The notes: generated by a model from the sequence alone, not told the origin. 64,000 nucleotides of DNA from Macrostomum lignano (GCA_002269645.1 NIVC01000555.1:183938-247937); one strand, 5' to 3'; positions 1 through 12,001 are shown, numbered from the stretch's first letter. Made by a program: numbers and translations.

Positions 1-700
1 AATTTTACCTCAAAAGCCAACTCCCTGTACCATATTGGGTTTTACAATGGATAGAGATAACGTTATCGTAAACGTATAAGTATCGATAAGGATACTGTGT
101 CGTTTCAAAACCCTATCTCTGCATCCTTATCAATTTGTAAGGATCACTCTGATCGCAGTCAGATTATAAGTTATGAACAGTTTTTTGTCTGGTTAACTCG
201 GTGTCAAAATTTTTTCTTTTGGTAAAATAACATTTTTAAAGAAGTAATTATAAGCATCCACAGTCTGCATTACCTAAATAGCTCCAGAACGAGTTGGCAG
301 CAGTCTAAACAGCCGATGCAGAAGTAGCTCAGAGAGGAGCAGCCTCCGACCGTAGCAGCACTTCAGCTGCCAGTTGGTACTGCTGGGTCGGCCAGCTCAA
401 ACTGCGACTGCTCCTCCAGCTGCACTGGCGGAGCGTTAAGATCGCACTTTTACGACATGCTGGATGGCTAACAATTTCGGGCTTGTAGGTCCTTGGATTT
501 TCGTTGGCGTTCGATTTTGTACGATCGCTATCGATCTGCACTGAATATCCTTGTCGCTGTTGCAGTCTCTGCGCAAGGAAATCTATTTATACTGTATGTG
601 TGCACAGTAAGTCTCTTCCAAGTCTTGCTCATTTCCATACTAATGGCCAGTAAGTGCTACTGCAATCAGCCTTTTATCAGGCTAGTTTACACCCACGCTG

Positions 701-1229
<529 letters not shown>

Positions 1230-2914
1230 GACACCATACAAATATGCAAACGACTTTTATGTAGTCTCTGAGTGTACTTCAGTGTATTGTTGTGTAGAGT
1301 AGTGTACTATAGTTGAGCAGTAATGTTTAGTACAATGTTCTGTATAAGCAATAATTGGAAATAAAAGTACGCGGTGATTGTTCAATATTAAATAGACTAG
1401 ATTGAATCAGTCAGGGCTTGAAAAGGTTGGCAATATCCAGGCCACACACGAGACACACTCAATATCCAAGCAGATGTGGATGCAGCAGCAGACATTTTCC
1501 AGAGTCTCCATCTTGCTCGTCTCTGCTTTTGTGTCCTCCACTGAAGTTGCAATAATTTTCTTCCGATCTGACGAGCCTGCAGGCTGATCTAGCGTTGCGT
1601 CATGAGGTGCTTCGAAGACCGCCTTGTTCATGTCTTTCGAGTTTTTCATTTCAGTAGCTTTGCAGCGTCTCGGGTGAGAATGCCATTTATAGACTCTTCC
1701 CAATCGTCAGTTTAAATGTATTCACAACGCGAAGTTGCCACACTTTGCCAGTACAGCAAGCCAGGTCGTGTACATACATGTAGTAGAGCTTATCACTAGG
1801 CATTATAGATAAGTTTTGTGACTATTTTTTGGCGTACGTTGGTGACACTTCGGCTAAAAATACTTTGAATGAGCCAAGCCATTTATTTCGGCCATGATAA
1901 TAAACATACTTTTAAAAAAGCAACTTTTTTGCTGAAAGCAAAATTTGCACTCTCGTTCATGCATGCTGAATTAATATGCCGTACGGAGCGCATGATATGC
2001 AGCTGTCTTTGTGATACAGCTCTCCCTAATGTATTATAGTGTTGTAATTAGAATGTCGTGAATGTCTATTCTTGGAGATTTGACTCTTTCCTTGGATATT
2101 TGACACTGTTCTTGTGTTCTTGGAGATTTGACACTGTTCTTGTAGATGTGACCTCCTTGGAGATTTGACGTTGTCCTTGGAGATGTGACGCTACTATCAC
2201 TGTGAGAAGTTACTGCTTTAGGCTTTTGACATTTTCAAATGTTGAGACGACAAGTGACCAGCAGCTATCTAGGAGCCAAACGGTAATTCCCTCGCCGCTA
2301 AGTAAAGAGCCCTAACTTTGACACAGAAGGCTACTCTGCCTAGAATTTTAATCTCGTAAACGCCACTTTAACTCGGGTTCCTTTTGGCACACCATGCGGC
2401 TGCTTGAAGCAAACTGTTCCAAGCAAACCAGCAGCTGGAGCATGGCTAGCTTCTCCCTGCGCGTGACGGAACTCTCAGTAATTAATCACTGTTTTCATTG
2501 CTTTGAAAACATATTGAGAATTCATTTTGAAAAGACTGTTCTGAAATATCAGTAATGTATATGGAATCAGTCATGCAATTTACGAGGTACGCTACAGCTT
2601 TTTAGCTGAAGAAAGGTAACGTAAAACGTCACTAGCTACTTACATGAGTAGAACGTGCTGATGCATGCTGATTCATATCACTTTAAAAAAATGAAAAGCG
2701 GTGGTTGTACTTAAAATTCCAAATTAATGTACATTTTCAATTGTTTCCCTCGATCTTCATTAATTTTCCTTAAGTGAAATTACTCTAAGCAATGTTAAAC
2801 AAGCTAGGTTTTGAGACTAAAGAATACTCGTATTATTAATCAGAAAAGCATGGAATCAGTTTGTTGTCAGCTACGATAGTAAGGCCCTGGCCCTGATTCG
2901 CTAGAGCCTGAAAA

Positions 2915-2934
2915 GGTTTTTCCGCGGAATTTCC
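2915..2934 (+). promoter_or_regulatory. Paired kappaB/Rel-like motifs upstream of gene A1
   Basis: GGTTTTTCC (2915-2923) and GGAATTTCC (2926-2934). An Inr-like TCAGTC lies at 2998-3003, and a 5'UTR intron AG|GTAAGT at 3046 runs to TTCCAG at 3134. Confidence 0.5.
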
Positions 2935-3135
2935 TTTTGAACGCAGTTTAAACATCTGGCTGCAGGAAAAGCTGCTATTTCTTCCCGCGGGCAGAACTCA
3001 GTCCAGCTTCTCAAACCCTAAATTTCAGTCTATAGAAACCTTTAGGTAAGTTTAGATGATGAAGTACCCTACCTACCTTCTTTTGATAAGTATGTACTCA
3101 TGTACTAAAAAACAATTCATTGTTTTATTTCCAGA

Positions 3136-3939
3136 ATGGCCCTCAACGCGCAACAGACTCATGAGCCGTGGCAAAAGTTGGCGATAAAAGTGGCCGATAA
3201 AATCTGCAAGAAATCCGATAGTTTGCGTCAAGATCTCGCCAGACTGAAGACTGAGGTCGCCAGCAAAAACTGGCCCCATGACGTCTTCAGAAATCCGTCC
3301 GATGCTGAGAACCGCTTTCGTCAGCTTGAGAGCTCCATTGGCGAGTTGTACAGCGCCGCCAGCGCCATGCACCAGACCAACCAGTCGCTGCTGAACACCT
3401 GCGAGGAGTTTATCGCTCTGCAAAGCCACGAAGCGTCGTCAAACCTTGAAAGGTCCTCCAAGGCTGCCGAGGCTGCTAAAAAGAAGCTGACGGAGATTCA
3501 AACATGCGATGAAAAGAGCATCGAAGCTGGCAGGAAATTTCAGACTGATTCTGGCCGACTGACTGAGGCTTTCACGAAGGCAAAGAACTTCTGCGATGAT
3601 GAAGCAGAGTTTATTAAATCTGAAGCTGATTTTCTAGCTTCTCAGGATGTAAGACAACCTCGAGAAAATGGTGCACGACTGCAGGCTTTGCGATCCAACG
3701 AAACTCTGCTTAACAAGTCGATTGAAACTTTGAAGACTATTATTGAACTGCTGCAGAAGCTCAAGGCTCAATCTGGTGAAGTCATTGAGGAAGCTGATAA
3801 GCTCAGCCAGTTTGTAAAAGATACCATGGCCAATATCGACACTGCGATTGGACGGGAATCTCGAGTTGCTGACACTTTAGACACGAAAGAGAAGGAAATA
3901 CAGCGACTCCAAGAGCTGCTGCGCAAAGCTTCGAAGTAA
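3136..3939 (+). CDS. Orphan helical/coiled-coil protein A, copy A1 (267 aa)
   Basis: Intact intronless ORF directly after a splice acceptor; 4 copies in the window; no signal peptide or hydrophobic segment. Confidence 0.85.
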   Translation: MALNAQQTHEPWQKLAIKVADKICKKSDSLRQDLARLKTEVASKNWPHDVFRNPSDAENRFRQLESSIGELYSAASAMHQTNQSLLNTCEEFIALQSHEASSNLERSSKAAEAAKKKLTEIQTCDEKSIEAGRKFQTDSGRLTEAFTKAKNFCDDEAEFIKSEADFLASQDVRQPRENGARLQALRSNETLLNKSIETLKTIIELLQKLKAQSGEVIEEADKLSQFVKDTMANIDTAIGRESRVADTLDTKEKEIQRLQELLRKASK

Positions 3940-4723
3940 ATTAATTACTACTACAGTGCTACTGCACTTCTTTACTTCGAATTTCAAGATAAACCGAAAA
4001 CTTTTAGCTAAAAAACCTTATATGACATCGCCCTACTATCTTATAATACGACACGATTTAATTGTCAAATATCGAATCCCGTTTTGTCATTAAATATTTG
4101 GTTTCTTTCACCCTGCTGTGTCGTCGAATCTCATTCTCCGTTTAGCTTTACCTTGCTCGTACTGAAATATGACGCGATGCCACAGTATCAAACCAAGGAC
4201 CACTGAAGTCACTTCGTTAAACTTAAGTAGTCCTTGTATCAAACACCTATAAAATGAATTTTTCCTCAATAAGTGGAGCGAGTTTATATCGTAAACCCAA
4301 GCTTAACCCAATCAAATTACAAGTACATGTAACATGCAATAAAGCGCGGTGACAAGAAGTCAGAAGAGATCTTATTGTAATTAAAAAATTCCTTGTTTTA
4401 TTTTCCGTGAAGGCTTATCATTCTTGTATGCTGGTGGCTGCACCAATGTTTTAAAATCAAATAACGACGAAGACACATGCTCATTTTTTTCGTTCGATAA
4501 ATGTGCTAAGCTGACGGCTCAGTGTAGGCGAACATGCAGAGCTTTCAAATGAAAAAATAAAATTCTCCTGTAAATTTTTGGAGCTATAAAAACCGAATAT
4601 ATGGGTCAAGAAAATAAATTCAAAAACGATAAGCAACTAGATAAATGTACTTAAATCAACTTTAAGCATTACTGTACTCAATAGAACAATACTGTATTTT
4701 AATGCATCTCGGAAGAGATCCAA

Positions 4724-4776
4724 GAAAAATCCGTGGAAAACCAGTGAAATTTCCGCGGTATTTCCATGGCATTACC
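4724..4776 (+). promoter_or_regulatory. Array of five kappaB/Rel-like motifs at 11-bp spacing upstream of truncated B
   Basis: GAAAAATCC, GGAAAACC, GAAATTTCC, GGTATTTCC and GGCATTACC start at 4724, 4735, 4746, 4757 and 4768. A TATA-like TATATAA is near 4809; a 5'UTR intron GTAAGT near 4915 runs to TTGCAG near 5026. Confidence 0.55.
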
Positions 4777-5035
4777 TTAGTTCCACGTTCCCGCATCAAT
4801 AAATTGAATATATAAGTCTAATGATTTTGGCTGCATAGCACAGACTCTAGCATCATTCACAGCTGTATTTACAAACTCTGCTTTAGGTTCTCAAGTCTTC
4901 GAAATATAACTCAGTAAGTGTTGATATCTAAATGATCTGACTGCTTTGTTTCAGACTTATATTACTATGAAATCGTTTTGATCATGCTGTTATAAATGTT
5001 CTCTTAATGTAAATTTACTATTGCAGTTTTGAGGA

Positions 5036-5371
5036 ATGGCCCAAGGAGAAAATGATTCCTCGTACAACGCTATCCTCGAGTGGCTAAATCCAGCCACCAG
5101 AAATGCTCAATGGATAGCTTCAAATTCAATCCAATTCGCTAATGAACTAAGTGATACCGCATCAAGGGCAAGAAATGAGCTGCTTTCTCTCCCAGATTGC
5201 CCCTGCGAGGTAGACTGTTTTAGAAAGAGGTTTTTCGGCTCGATGGATGATGCTAAATCATCTGGAAATGAGCTGAAAAGAAGATGCGATGAGCTCTGTA
5301 GAGAATGGAACGACTTTCGAAACGATTTCGACAAATCAAGTAAAGAGAAAAAACAATTTAGCTCAATTTAG
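5036..5371 (+). pseudogene. 3'-truncated copy of gene B (111 aa)
   Basis: Homologous to the N-terminus of 12002-12883; breaks at KKQFSS at the duplication junction, before the hydrophobic hairpin. Confidence 0.9.
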
Positions 5372-5424
5372 TTGATAAGTATGTACTCATGTACTAAAAA
5401 ACAATTCATTGTTTTATTTCCAGA

Positions 5425-6228
5425 ATGGCCCTCAACGCGCAACAGACTCATGAGCCGTGGCAAAAGTTGGCGATAAAAGTGGCCGATAAAATCTGCAAGA
5501 AATCCGATAGTTTGCGTCAAGATCTCGCCAGACTGAAGACTGAGGTCGCCAGCAAAAACTGGCCCCATGACGTCTTCAGAAATCCGTCCGATGCTGAGAA
5601 CCGCTTTCGTCAGCTTGAGAGCTCCATTGGCGAGTTGTACAGCGCCGCCAGCGCCATGCACCAGACCAACCAGTCGCTGCTGAACACCTGCGAGGAGTTT
5701 ATCGCTCTGCAAAGCCACGAAGCGTCGTCAAACCTTGAAAGGTCCTCCAAGGCTGCCGAGGCTGCTAAAAAGAAGCTGACGGAGATTCAAACATGCGATG
5801 AAAAGAGCATCGAAGCTGGCAGGAAATTTCAGACTGATTCTGGCCGACTGACTGAGGCTTTCACGAAGGCAAAGAACTTCTGCGATGATGAAGCAGAGTT
5901 TATTAAATCTGAAGCTGATTTTCTAGCTTCTCAGGATGTAAGACAACCTCGAGAAAATGGTGCACGACTGCAGGCTTTGCGATCCAACGAAACTCTGCTT
6001 AACAAGTCGATTGAAACTTTGAAGACTATTATTGAACTGCTGCAGAAGCTCAAGGCTCAATCTGGTGAAGTCATTGAGGAAGCTGATAAGCTCAGCCAGT
6101 TTGTAAAAGATACCATGGCCAATATCGACACTGCGATTGGACGGGAATCTCGAGTTGCTGACACTTTAGACACGAAAGAGAAGGAAATACAGCGACTCCA
6201 AGAGCTGCTGCGCAAAGCTTCGAAGTAA
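5425..6228 (+). CDS. Protein A, copy A2 (protein identical to A1)
   Basis: Same 267-aa translation as A1; its own promoter and GTAAGT donor were removed by the junction at 5372. Confidence 0.8.
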   Translation: MALNAQQTHEPWQKLAIKVADKICKKSDSLRQDLARLKTEVASKNWPHDVFRNPSDAENRFRQLESSIGELYSAASAMHQTNQSLLNTCEEFIALQSHEASSNLERSSKAAEAAKKKLTEIQTCDEKSIEAGRKFQTDSGRLTEAFTKAKNFCDDEAEFIKSEADFLASQDVRQPRENGARLQALRSNETLLNKSIETLKTIIELLQKLKAQSGEVIEEADKLSQFVKDTMANIDTAIGRESRVADTLDTKEKEIQRLQELLRKASK

Positions 6229-7012
6229 ATTAATTACTACTACAGTGCTACTGCACTTCTTTACTTCGAATTTCAAGATAAACCGAAAACTTTTAGCTAA
6301 AAAACCTTATATGACATCGCCCTACTATCTTATAATACGACACGATTTAATTGTCAAATATCGAATCCCGTTTTGTCATTAAATATTTGGTTTCTTTCAC
6401 CCTGCTGTGTCGTCGAATCTCATTCTCCGTTTAGCTTTACCTTGCTCGTACTGAAATATGACGCGATGCCACAGTATCAAACCAAGGACCACTGAAGTCA
6501 CTTCGTTAAACTTAAGTAGTCCTTGTATCAAACACCTATAAAATGAATTTTTCCTCAATAAGTGGAGCGAGTTTATATCGTAAACCCAAGCTTAACCCAA
6601 TCAAATTACAAGTACATGTAACATGCAATAAAGCGCGGTGACAAGAAGTCAGAAGAGATCTTATTGTAATTAAAAAATTCCTTGTTTTATTTTCCGTGAA
6701 GGCTTATCATTCTTGTATGCTGGTGGCTGCACCAATGTTTTAAAATCAAATAACGACGAAGACACATGCTCATTTTTTTCGTTCGATAAATGTGCTAAGC
6801 TGACGGCTCAGTGTAGGCGAACATGCAGAGCTTTCAAATGAAAAAATAAAATTCTCCTGTAAATTTTTGGAGCTATAAAAACCGAATATATGGGTCAAGA
6901 AAATAAATTCAAAAACGATAAGCAACTAGATAAATGTACTTAAATCAACTTTAAGCATTACTGTACTCAATAGAACAATACTGTATTTTAATGCATCTCG
7001 GAAGAGATCCAA

Positions 7013-7065
7013 GAAAAATCCGTGGAAAACCAGTGAAATTTCCGCGGTATTTCCATGGCATTACC
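7013..7065 (+). promoter_or_regulatory. kappaB/Rel-like motif array (second tandem copy)
   Basis: Identical to 4724-4776. Confidence 0.55.
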
Positions 7066-7324
7066 TTAGTTCCACGTTCCCGCATCAATAAATTGAATAT
7101 ATAAGTCTAATGATTTTGGCTGCATAGCACAGACTCTAGCATCATTCACAGCTGTATTTACAAACTCTGCTTTAGGTTCTCAAGTCTTCGAAATATAACT
7201 CAGTAAGTGTTGATATCTAAATGATCTGACTGCTTTGTTTCAGACTTATATTACTATGAAATCGTTTTGATCATGCTGTTATAAATGTTCTCTTAATGTA
7301 AATTTACTATTGCAGTTTTGAGGA

Positions 7325-7660
7325 ATGGCCCAAGGAGAAAATGATTCCTCGTACAACGCTATCCTCGAGTGGCTAAATCCAGCCACCAGAAATGCTCAAT
7401 GGATAGCTTCAAATTCAATCCAATTCGCTAATGAACTAAGTGATACCGCATCAAGGGCAAGAAATGAGCTGCTTTCTCTCCCAGATTGCCCCTGCGAGGT
7501 AGACTGTTTTAGAAAGAGGTTTTTCGGCTCGATGGATGATGCTAAATCATCTGGAAATGAGCTGAAAAGAAGATGCGATGAGCTCTGTAGAGAATGGAAC
7601 GACTTTCGAAACGATTTCGACAAATCAAGTAAAGAGAAAAAACAATTTAGCTCAATTTAG
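7325..7660 (+). pseudogene. 3'-truncated copy of gene B (second tandem copy)
   Basis: Identical to 5036-5371. Confidence 0.9.
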
Positions 7661-7713
7661 TTGATAAGTATGTACTCATGTACTAAAAAACAATTCATTG
7701 TTTTATTTCCAGA

Positions 7714-8517
7714 ATGGCCCTCAACGCGCAACAGACTCATGAGCCGTGGCAAAAGTCGGCGATAAAAATGGCCGATAAAATCTGCAAGAAATCCGATAGT
7801 TTGCGTCAAGATCTCGCCAGACTGAAGACTGAGGTCGCCAGCAAAAACTGGCCCCATGACGTCTTCAGAAATCCGTCCGATGCTGAGAACCGCTTTCGTC
7901 AGCTTGAGAGCTCCATTGGCGAGTTGTACAGCGCCGCCAGCGCCATGCACCAGACCAACCAGTCGCTGCTGAACACCTGCGAGGAGTTTATCGCTCTGCA
8001 AAGCCACGAAGCGTCGTCAAACCTTGAAAGGTCCTCCAAGGCTGCCGAGGCTGCTAAAAAGAAGCTGACGGAGATTCAAACATGCGATGAAAAGAGCATC
8101 GAAGCTGGCAGGAAATTTCAGACTGATTCTGGCCGACTGACTGAGGCTTTCACGAAGGCAAAGAACTTCTGCGATGATGAAGCAGAGTTTATTAAATCTG
8201 AAGCTGATTTTCTAGCTTCTCAGGATGTAAGACAACCTCGAGAAAATGGTGCACGACTGCAGGCTTTGCGATCCAACGAAACTCTGCTTAACAAGTCGAT
8301 TGAAACTTTGAAGACTATGATTGAACTCCTGCAGAAGCTCAAGGCTCAATCTGGTGAAGTCATTGAGGAAGCTGATAAGCTCAGCCAGTTTGTAAAAGAT
8401 ATCATGACCAATATCGACACTGCGATTGGACGGGAATCTCGAGTTGCTGACACTTTAGACGCAAAAGAGAAGGAAATACAGCGGCTCCAAGAACTGCTGC
8501 GCAAAGCTTCGAAGTAA
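7714..8517 (+). CDS. Protein A, copy A3 (267 aa)
   Basis: Intact ORF; ends carry A4-type residues, middle is A1-type. Confidence 0.85.
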   Translation: MALNAQQTHEPWQKSAIKMADKICKKSDSLRQDLARLKTEVASKNWPHDVFRNPSDAENRFRQLESSIGELYSAASAMHQTNQSLLNTCEEFIALQSHEASSNLERSSKAAEAAKKKLTEIQTCDEKSIEAGRKFQTDSGRLTEAFTKAKNFCDDEAEFIKSEADFLASQDVRQPRENGARLQALRSNETLLNKSIETLKTMIELLQKLKAQSGEVIEEADKLSQFVKDIMTNIDTAIGRESRVADTLDAKEKEIQRLQELLRKASK

Positions 8518-9238
8518 ATTAATTACTACTACAGTGCTACTGCACTTCTTTACTTCGAATTTCAAGATAAACCGAAAACTTTTAGCTAAAAAACTTAAAT
8601 GGTATCGCACTACAATCTTACAATACGACACTATTTAATTGTCAAACATCGAATCCCGTTTTTTCACCCTGCTTTGTCGTCGAATCTTATTTTCGACTGA
8701 ATATATGACTTAATGCCACAGTATCAAACAGTACAAAATTATTTTTTCTTCAGTAAATTAAGATTCATATCATTAATCCCAGCTCGAAATTATAGGAACG
8801 TGTAGCTATTCGGAATTGAGCGCGATGACAAGAAGAGATCATCTTGCGTTTTGAAATTTCTTTTTTTATTTTCCCGGAAGGCTTATCTACCCTGTATGCT
8901 GGTGGTTGCACCAACGTTTTAAAAGCAGTAGCAACAAAGACACATTTTCCTTTTTATCGTTCGATCAAGGCGTTAAGCGGACGGCTCAGTGTAAAACATG
9001 CAGAACTTTCTGCTTTGAAAAAATTCATTGTACATATACTTTCCTTCAGACGCAATGAAGTTTAATTTAGGCCATTATTCCACACTTTTGGAACTTTCCA
9101 TAGACAAAAGAGTCAATCAGTATATTTTAACCAATAAGCAACGGATGCAAATACGAGAACTCGTATAACTGAAAAGATATCAGGGCCTCACGGCTAGTAG
9201 TCTATGGCCAAAACTGTGTCAAACAAGAAAAACATGTA

Positions 9239-9462
9239 CACCTTTTCACGTTCAATTTTGATCAAAGTCCAGTTCTACAAAAACTAGCGGAAATTCAATT
9301 CAGACAATTCAGACTTGGGCAACAAACCCCCGTTCAAAACATTATGCAACCGAAGCAAGTTTTAGCCATAGACAAAATTGTCCCCAGTCTGAATCGTCTG
9401 AATTGAATTTCTGCTAGTTTTTTTAGAACTGGAGTTTGTTCAAAATTGAACGTGAAAAGGTG
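9239..9462. mobile_element. MITE with about 80-bp TIRs and TA target duplication (Tc1/mariner-like)
   Basis: CACCTTTTCACGTTCAATTTTG... (9239-9319) is the reverse complement of ...CAAAATTGAACGTGAAAAGGTG (9383-9462); TA on both sides. Confidence 0.8.
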
Positions 9463-9741
9463 TAAAAGCTGCATTCATCCATGCATTAAATAAACATGAA
9501 CACAAAACCAGAACAGGAGCAATTAAATGTCACTGTCTATCAACGTTACTGCAGATGTCAAAGACGCCTATTAATTACCCCCAAAATTAAATGTACAGTT
9601 TTCAAAGCGGCAATTTTCGAAAATTCGAGACACATGTGCCTGGGTGTTCATCACTGAAATAATTTAAAGCGAAACTGTTTTTACACCAAAGGAACATTTG
9701 TTCACCAACAAACATTTTCTGATAAATAGACATTCATTTAG

Positions 9742-11100
9742 TTACTCAAACTTACCACTTGAAACTTGCACTTCATTAGCCGGCTTGACTTCGACAGGTG
9801 AGATACCGTCGACACCTGTCTCAATGCGCGGCATGTTTACGCCGTTCGATTGCTTGGGCACCTCGATAGGACGATCTAAGGCCGCGCTTACAGCCGTCGA
9901 CGCTTCAAAAACTGCGCGGTCGCGCTTCCTTGATAGATATCGGCGCACCGTTTTTTCGCTCTTCTGACGGGCGAAGCACATGATATCATTCATTCCATGG
10001 CCAGTCTCGTGCAAGTCCGCGATTCGCGTCACCCGTATACAATGATTTGTATACTTTCGAGATAGATTGCATTGCTTGCTAAGCCGTTTCATCAATGAGG
10101 TGAACCAATTGATACCTCGTACCTGCTGAGATGAAAAACGCAAACAACCCATTGTCTTGTCATTCGGTAGTGCTCTTGGGAGCAAGCAGTCGTCCTTGCG
10201 ATCCGATGGGAGCAGCGAAATGTATTTATTGACCAGGTCCCGCTGCTTCCGATACAGCCTAGCTTGCTTCGGGCGGTCGTCCTTACAACGCGTAGGATCG
10301 GAATTTTGATTCTTTGTAGGCAGTATTGGAAGCGACATATAGGGTCTGCCATCAGCATCCACCTTCGTCAACAGACTGCTTGCTGCCTTCAGTGCCGGCA
10401 TGTGCTCTTGCCCACGCTCTCCAAAAACGTACATAATGAACAATACCTCATCCTGCAACTTCTCAGCGGTACTTCCGTCGAAATATGCTCGCAACTTTGT
10501 TAGATCAGCTTCCTCGATAGCTTCAAATTGCTTGGTAACGCCTCCAGCATTGTGGAATTCCCTCACCTTCACTCTTAGCATGCGATTGGAGCTCGAAAAC
10601 TCTTCTCCGTCAATGAAGTTGATAGAGCGCTTCAGAATTAGGTTAAAGTACCGGTGTATCCCAGCTCTAATGCACACAAGACTTGACGGCGAATACTTTT
10701 CACCGTTCGTCCTCTGCAGACCGAAATAATAATAGCGCAAGTACTCATTCAGCTTCCACACTTCCATCGTCACAGGCGACTCCTCGGTTGTCTCAGAGAG
10801 AAACTTCACGAAAGCCTGCCCATGCCGATTCATCTGGTCCACCGTTGACTTTGGCAGTGACTGAATTTCTACACCATCCATTCTCGAACTCAGGTCCATG
10901 TCGTCGCCCGCCACCTCCGGAAGTTCAGGCAGTTCTTCAGTGCCATGATCGTTCTCAAGCCACTTAATGAAATCACTCAGGGCCTGGTCATCGTGATTTT
11001 CTCCATGCATGCTTATCTCCGACAAAAGTTGCAGCTCGTCCATCTTGACACCATTGAGCGAGTCGACCGGAAGATTTTTCCAATTGATAAGCGCAGGCAT
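9742..11100 (-). CDS. DUF3504 / Crypton tyrosine recombinase (452 aa)
   Basis: YSPSSLVCIRAGIHRY core-binding helix; FGERGQE (R), TKN (K), YTNHCIR (HxxR), ARQKS (GHKS position) and RRY (catalytic Y). Confidence 0.88.
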   Translation of the reverse strand: MPALINWKNLPVDSLNGVKMDELQLLSEISMHGENHDDQALSDFIKWLENDHGTEELPELPEVAGDDMDLSSRMDGVEIQSLPKSTVDQMNRHGQAFVKFLSETTEESPVTMEVWKLNEYLRYYYFGLQRTNGEKYSPSSLVCIRAGIHRYFNLILKRSINFIDGEEFSSSNRMLRVKVREFHNAGGVTKQFEAIEEADLTKLRAYFDGSTAEKLQDEVLFIMYVFGERGQEHMPALKAASSLLTKVDADGRPYMSLPILPTKNQNSDPTRCKDDRPKQARLYRKQRDLVNKYISLLPSDRKDDCLLPRALPNDKTMGCLRFSSQQVRGINWFTSLMKRLSKQCNLSRKYTNHCIRVTRIADLHETGHGMNDIMCFARQKSEKTVRRYLSRKRDRAVFEASTAVSAALDRPIEVPKQSNGVNMPRIETGVDGISPVEVKPANEVQVSSGKFE

Positions 11101-11676
11101 TTTGAAGCTACAAAAACGCGTCCCTTAATATGTCAAGAGTGATAAGAAATGGACATCAATATTGCAAGTTTTCTGTCTATGGTCCAAGTAACCTCTGCAG
11201 ACAACATAGCGAGCAACGTTTAGTCTATGGTCAAGAGAAAAGTGTGGAATAATGACCGCGAAAAAAGTGTAGAATAATGGCCGCAAAAGTGTGGAATAAT
11301 GACTGCGCGCTGAGTGAAAGTATAAATACAATGTATAAATAATGACGCACTGGGACCGCTGATTCTTTGCATTGTTTTTCTGTTTGACGATCCTACAGAC
11401 AATGCATTGTTTGTAGTAATGGATTGTTCTGCATTAAAAATGTGAATAATGATCGTCAAATTGCTAAACAATGCACTTGTGTAGTATGCAACTGAGTTGA
11501 ATAATGGCCAAAACACGAGTGCGCGTAACATAATAACTGAAATATTTTGGTCAAATAAACTAAATTCAGAAACGATAAAAACTAGATAACTATACGTAAA
11601 TCCACAATAAAATCGCAAACATCACTGTACTAAATAGAACTATACTGTACTTTACTGCCTCTCGGAAGGCATCCGA

Positions 11677-11729
11677 GAAAAATCCGGGGGAAACCAGTGA
11701 AATTTCCGCGGTATTTCCATGGCATTACC
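11677..11729 (+). promoter_or_regulatory. kappaB/Rel-like motif array upstream of intact gene B2
   Basis: GAAAAATCC-GGGGGAAACC-GAAATTTCC-GGTATTTCC-GGCATTACC; TATATAAAA near 11759. Confidence 0.6.
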
Positions 11730-12001
11730 TTAGTTCCATGTTCGCGCGTCAATCTGAATATATAAAAATCTAATAATGACTTCGGTTGCAGAGACTCTAG
11801 CATCATTCACAGCTTTATTTACACACCTTACTTCAGGTTTTCAAGTCTTCGAAATATAACTAATGTAAGTCTAAGTGTTTATATCTAAATGATCTGACTG
11901 CTTTGTTTCAGTATTTATTTGATTTTGCTATGAATTTTTTTATCAAGAACTTACAAATATTTTTGTAAACTTTTCGTAATTTTCTATTGCAGTTTTGAGA
12001 A

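Larger units (their letters stand above)
3083..8595 (+). repeat. 2289-bp tandem duplication (A + spacer + truncated B), about 2.4 copies
   Basis: A ORFs start at 3136, 5425, 7714 and B fragments at 5036, 7325 (period 2289). Units 3083-5371 and 5372-7660 look identical; the third diverges after about 8595. Confidence 0.95.
9070..11509 (-). mobile_element. Crypton-type tyrosine recombinase DNA transposon
   Basis: About 2.4 kb inserted in the A-B spacer and absent from paralogous spacers. Bounded by the inverted repeat GGCCATTATTC (9070-9080) / GAATAATGGCC (11499-11509), with subterminal repeats. Exact ends are uncertain. Confidence 0.7.

Noticed and set aside
3073-3429. Antisense ORFs over A, B and the recombinase (e.g. 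3073-3429, 12505-12990, 10400-10729)
   Set aside because: Shadows of real coding sequence on the opposite strand.
5036-6228. In-frame B-A fusion protein across the duplication junction
   Set aside because: B reaches TAG at 5369-5371. The GTAAAG donor at 5340 spliced to the 5423 acceptor is out of frame, and the GTATGT donor at 5379 lies after the stop.
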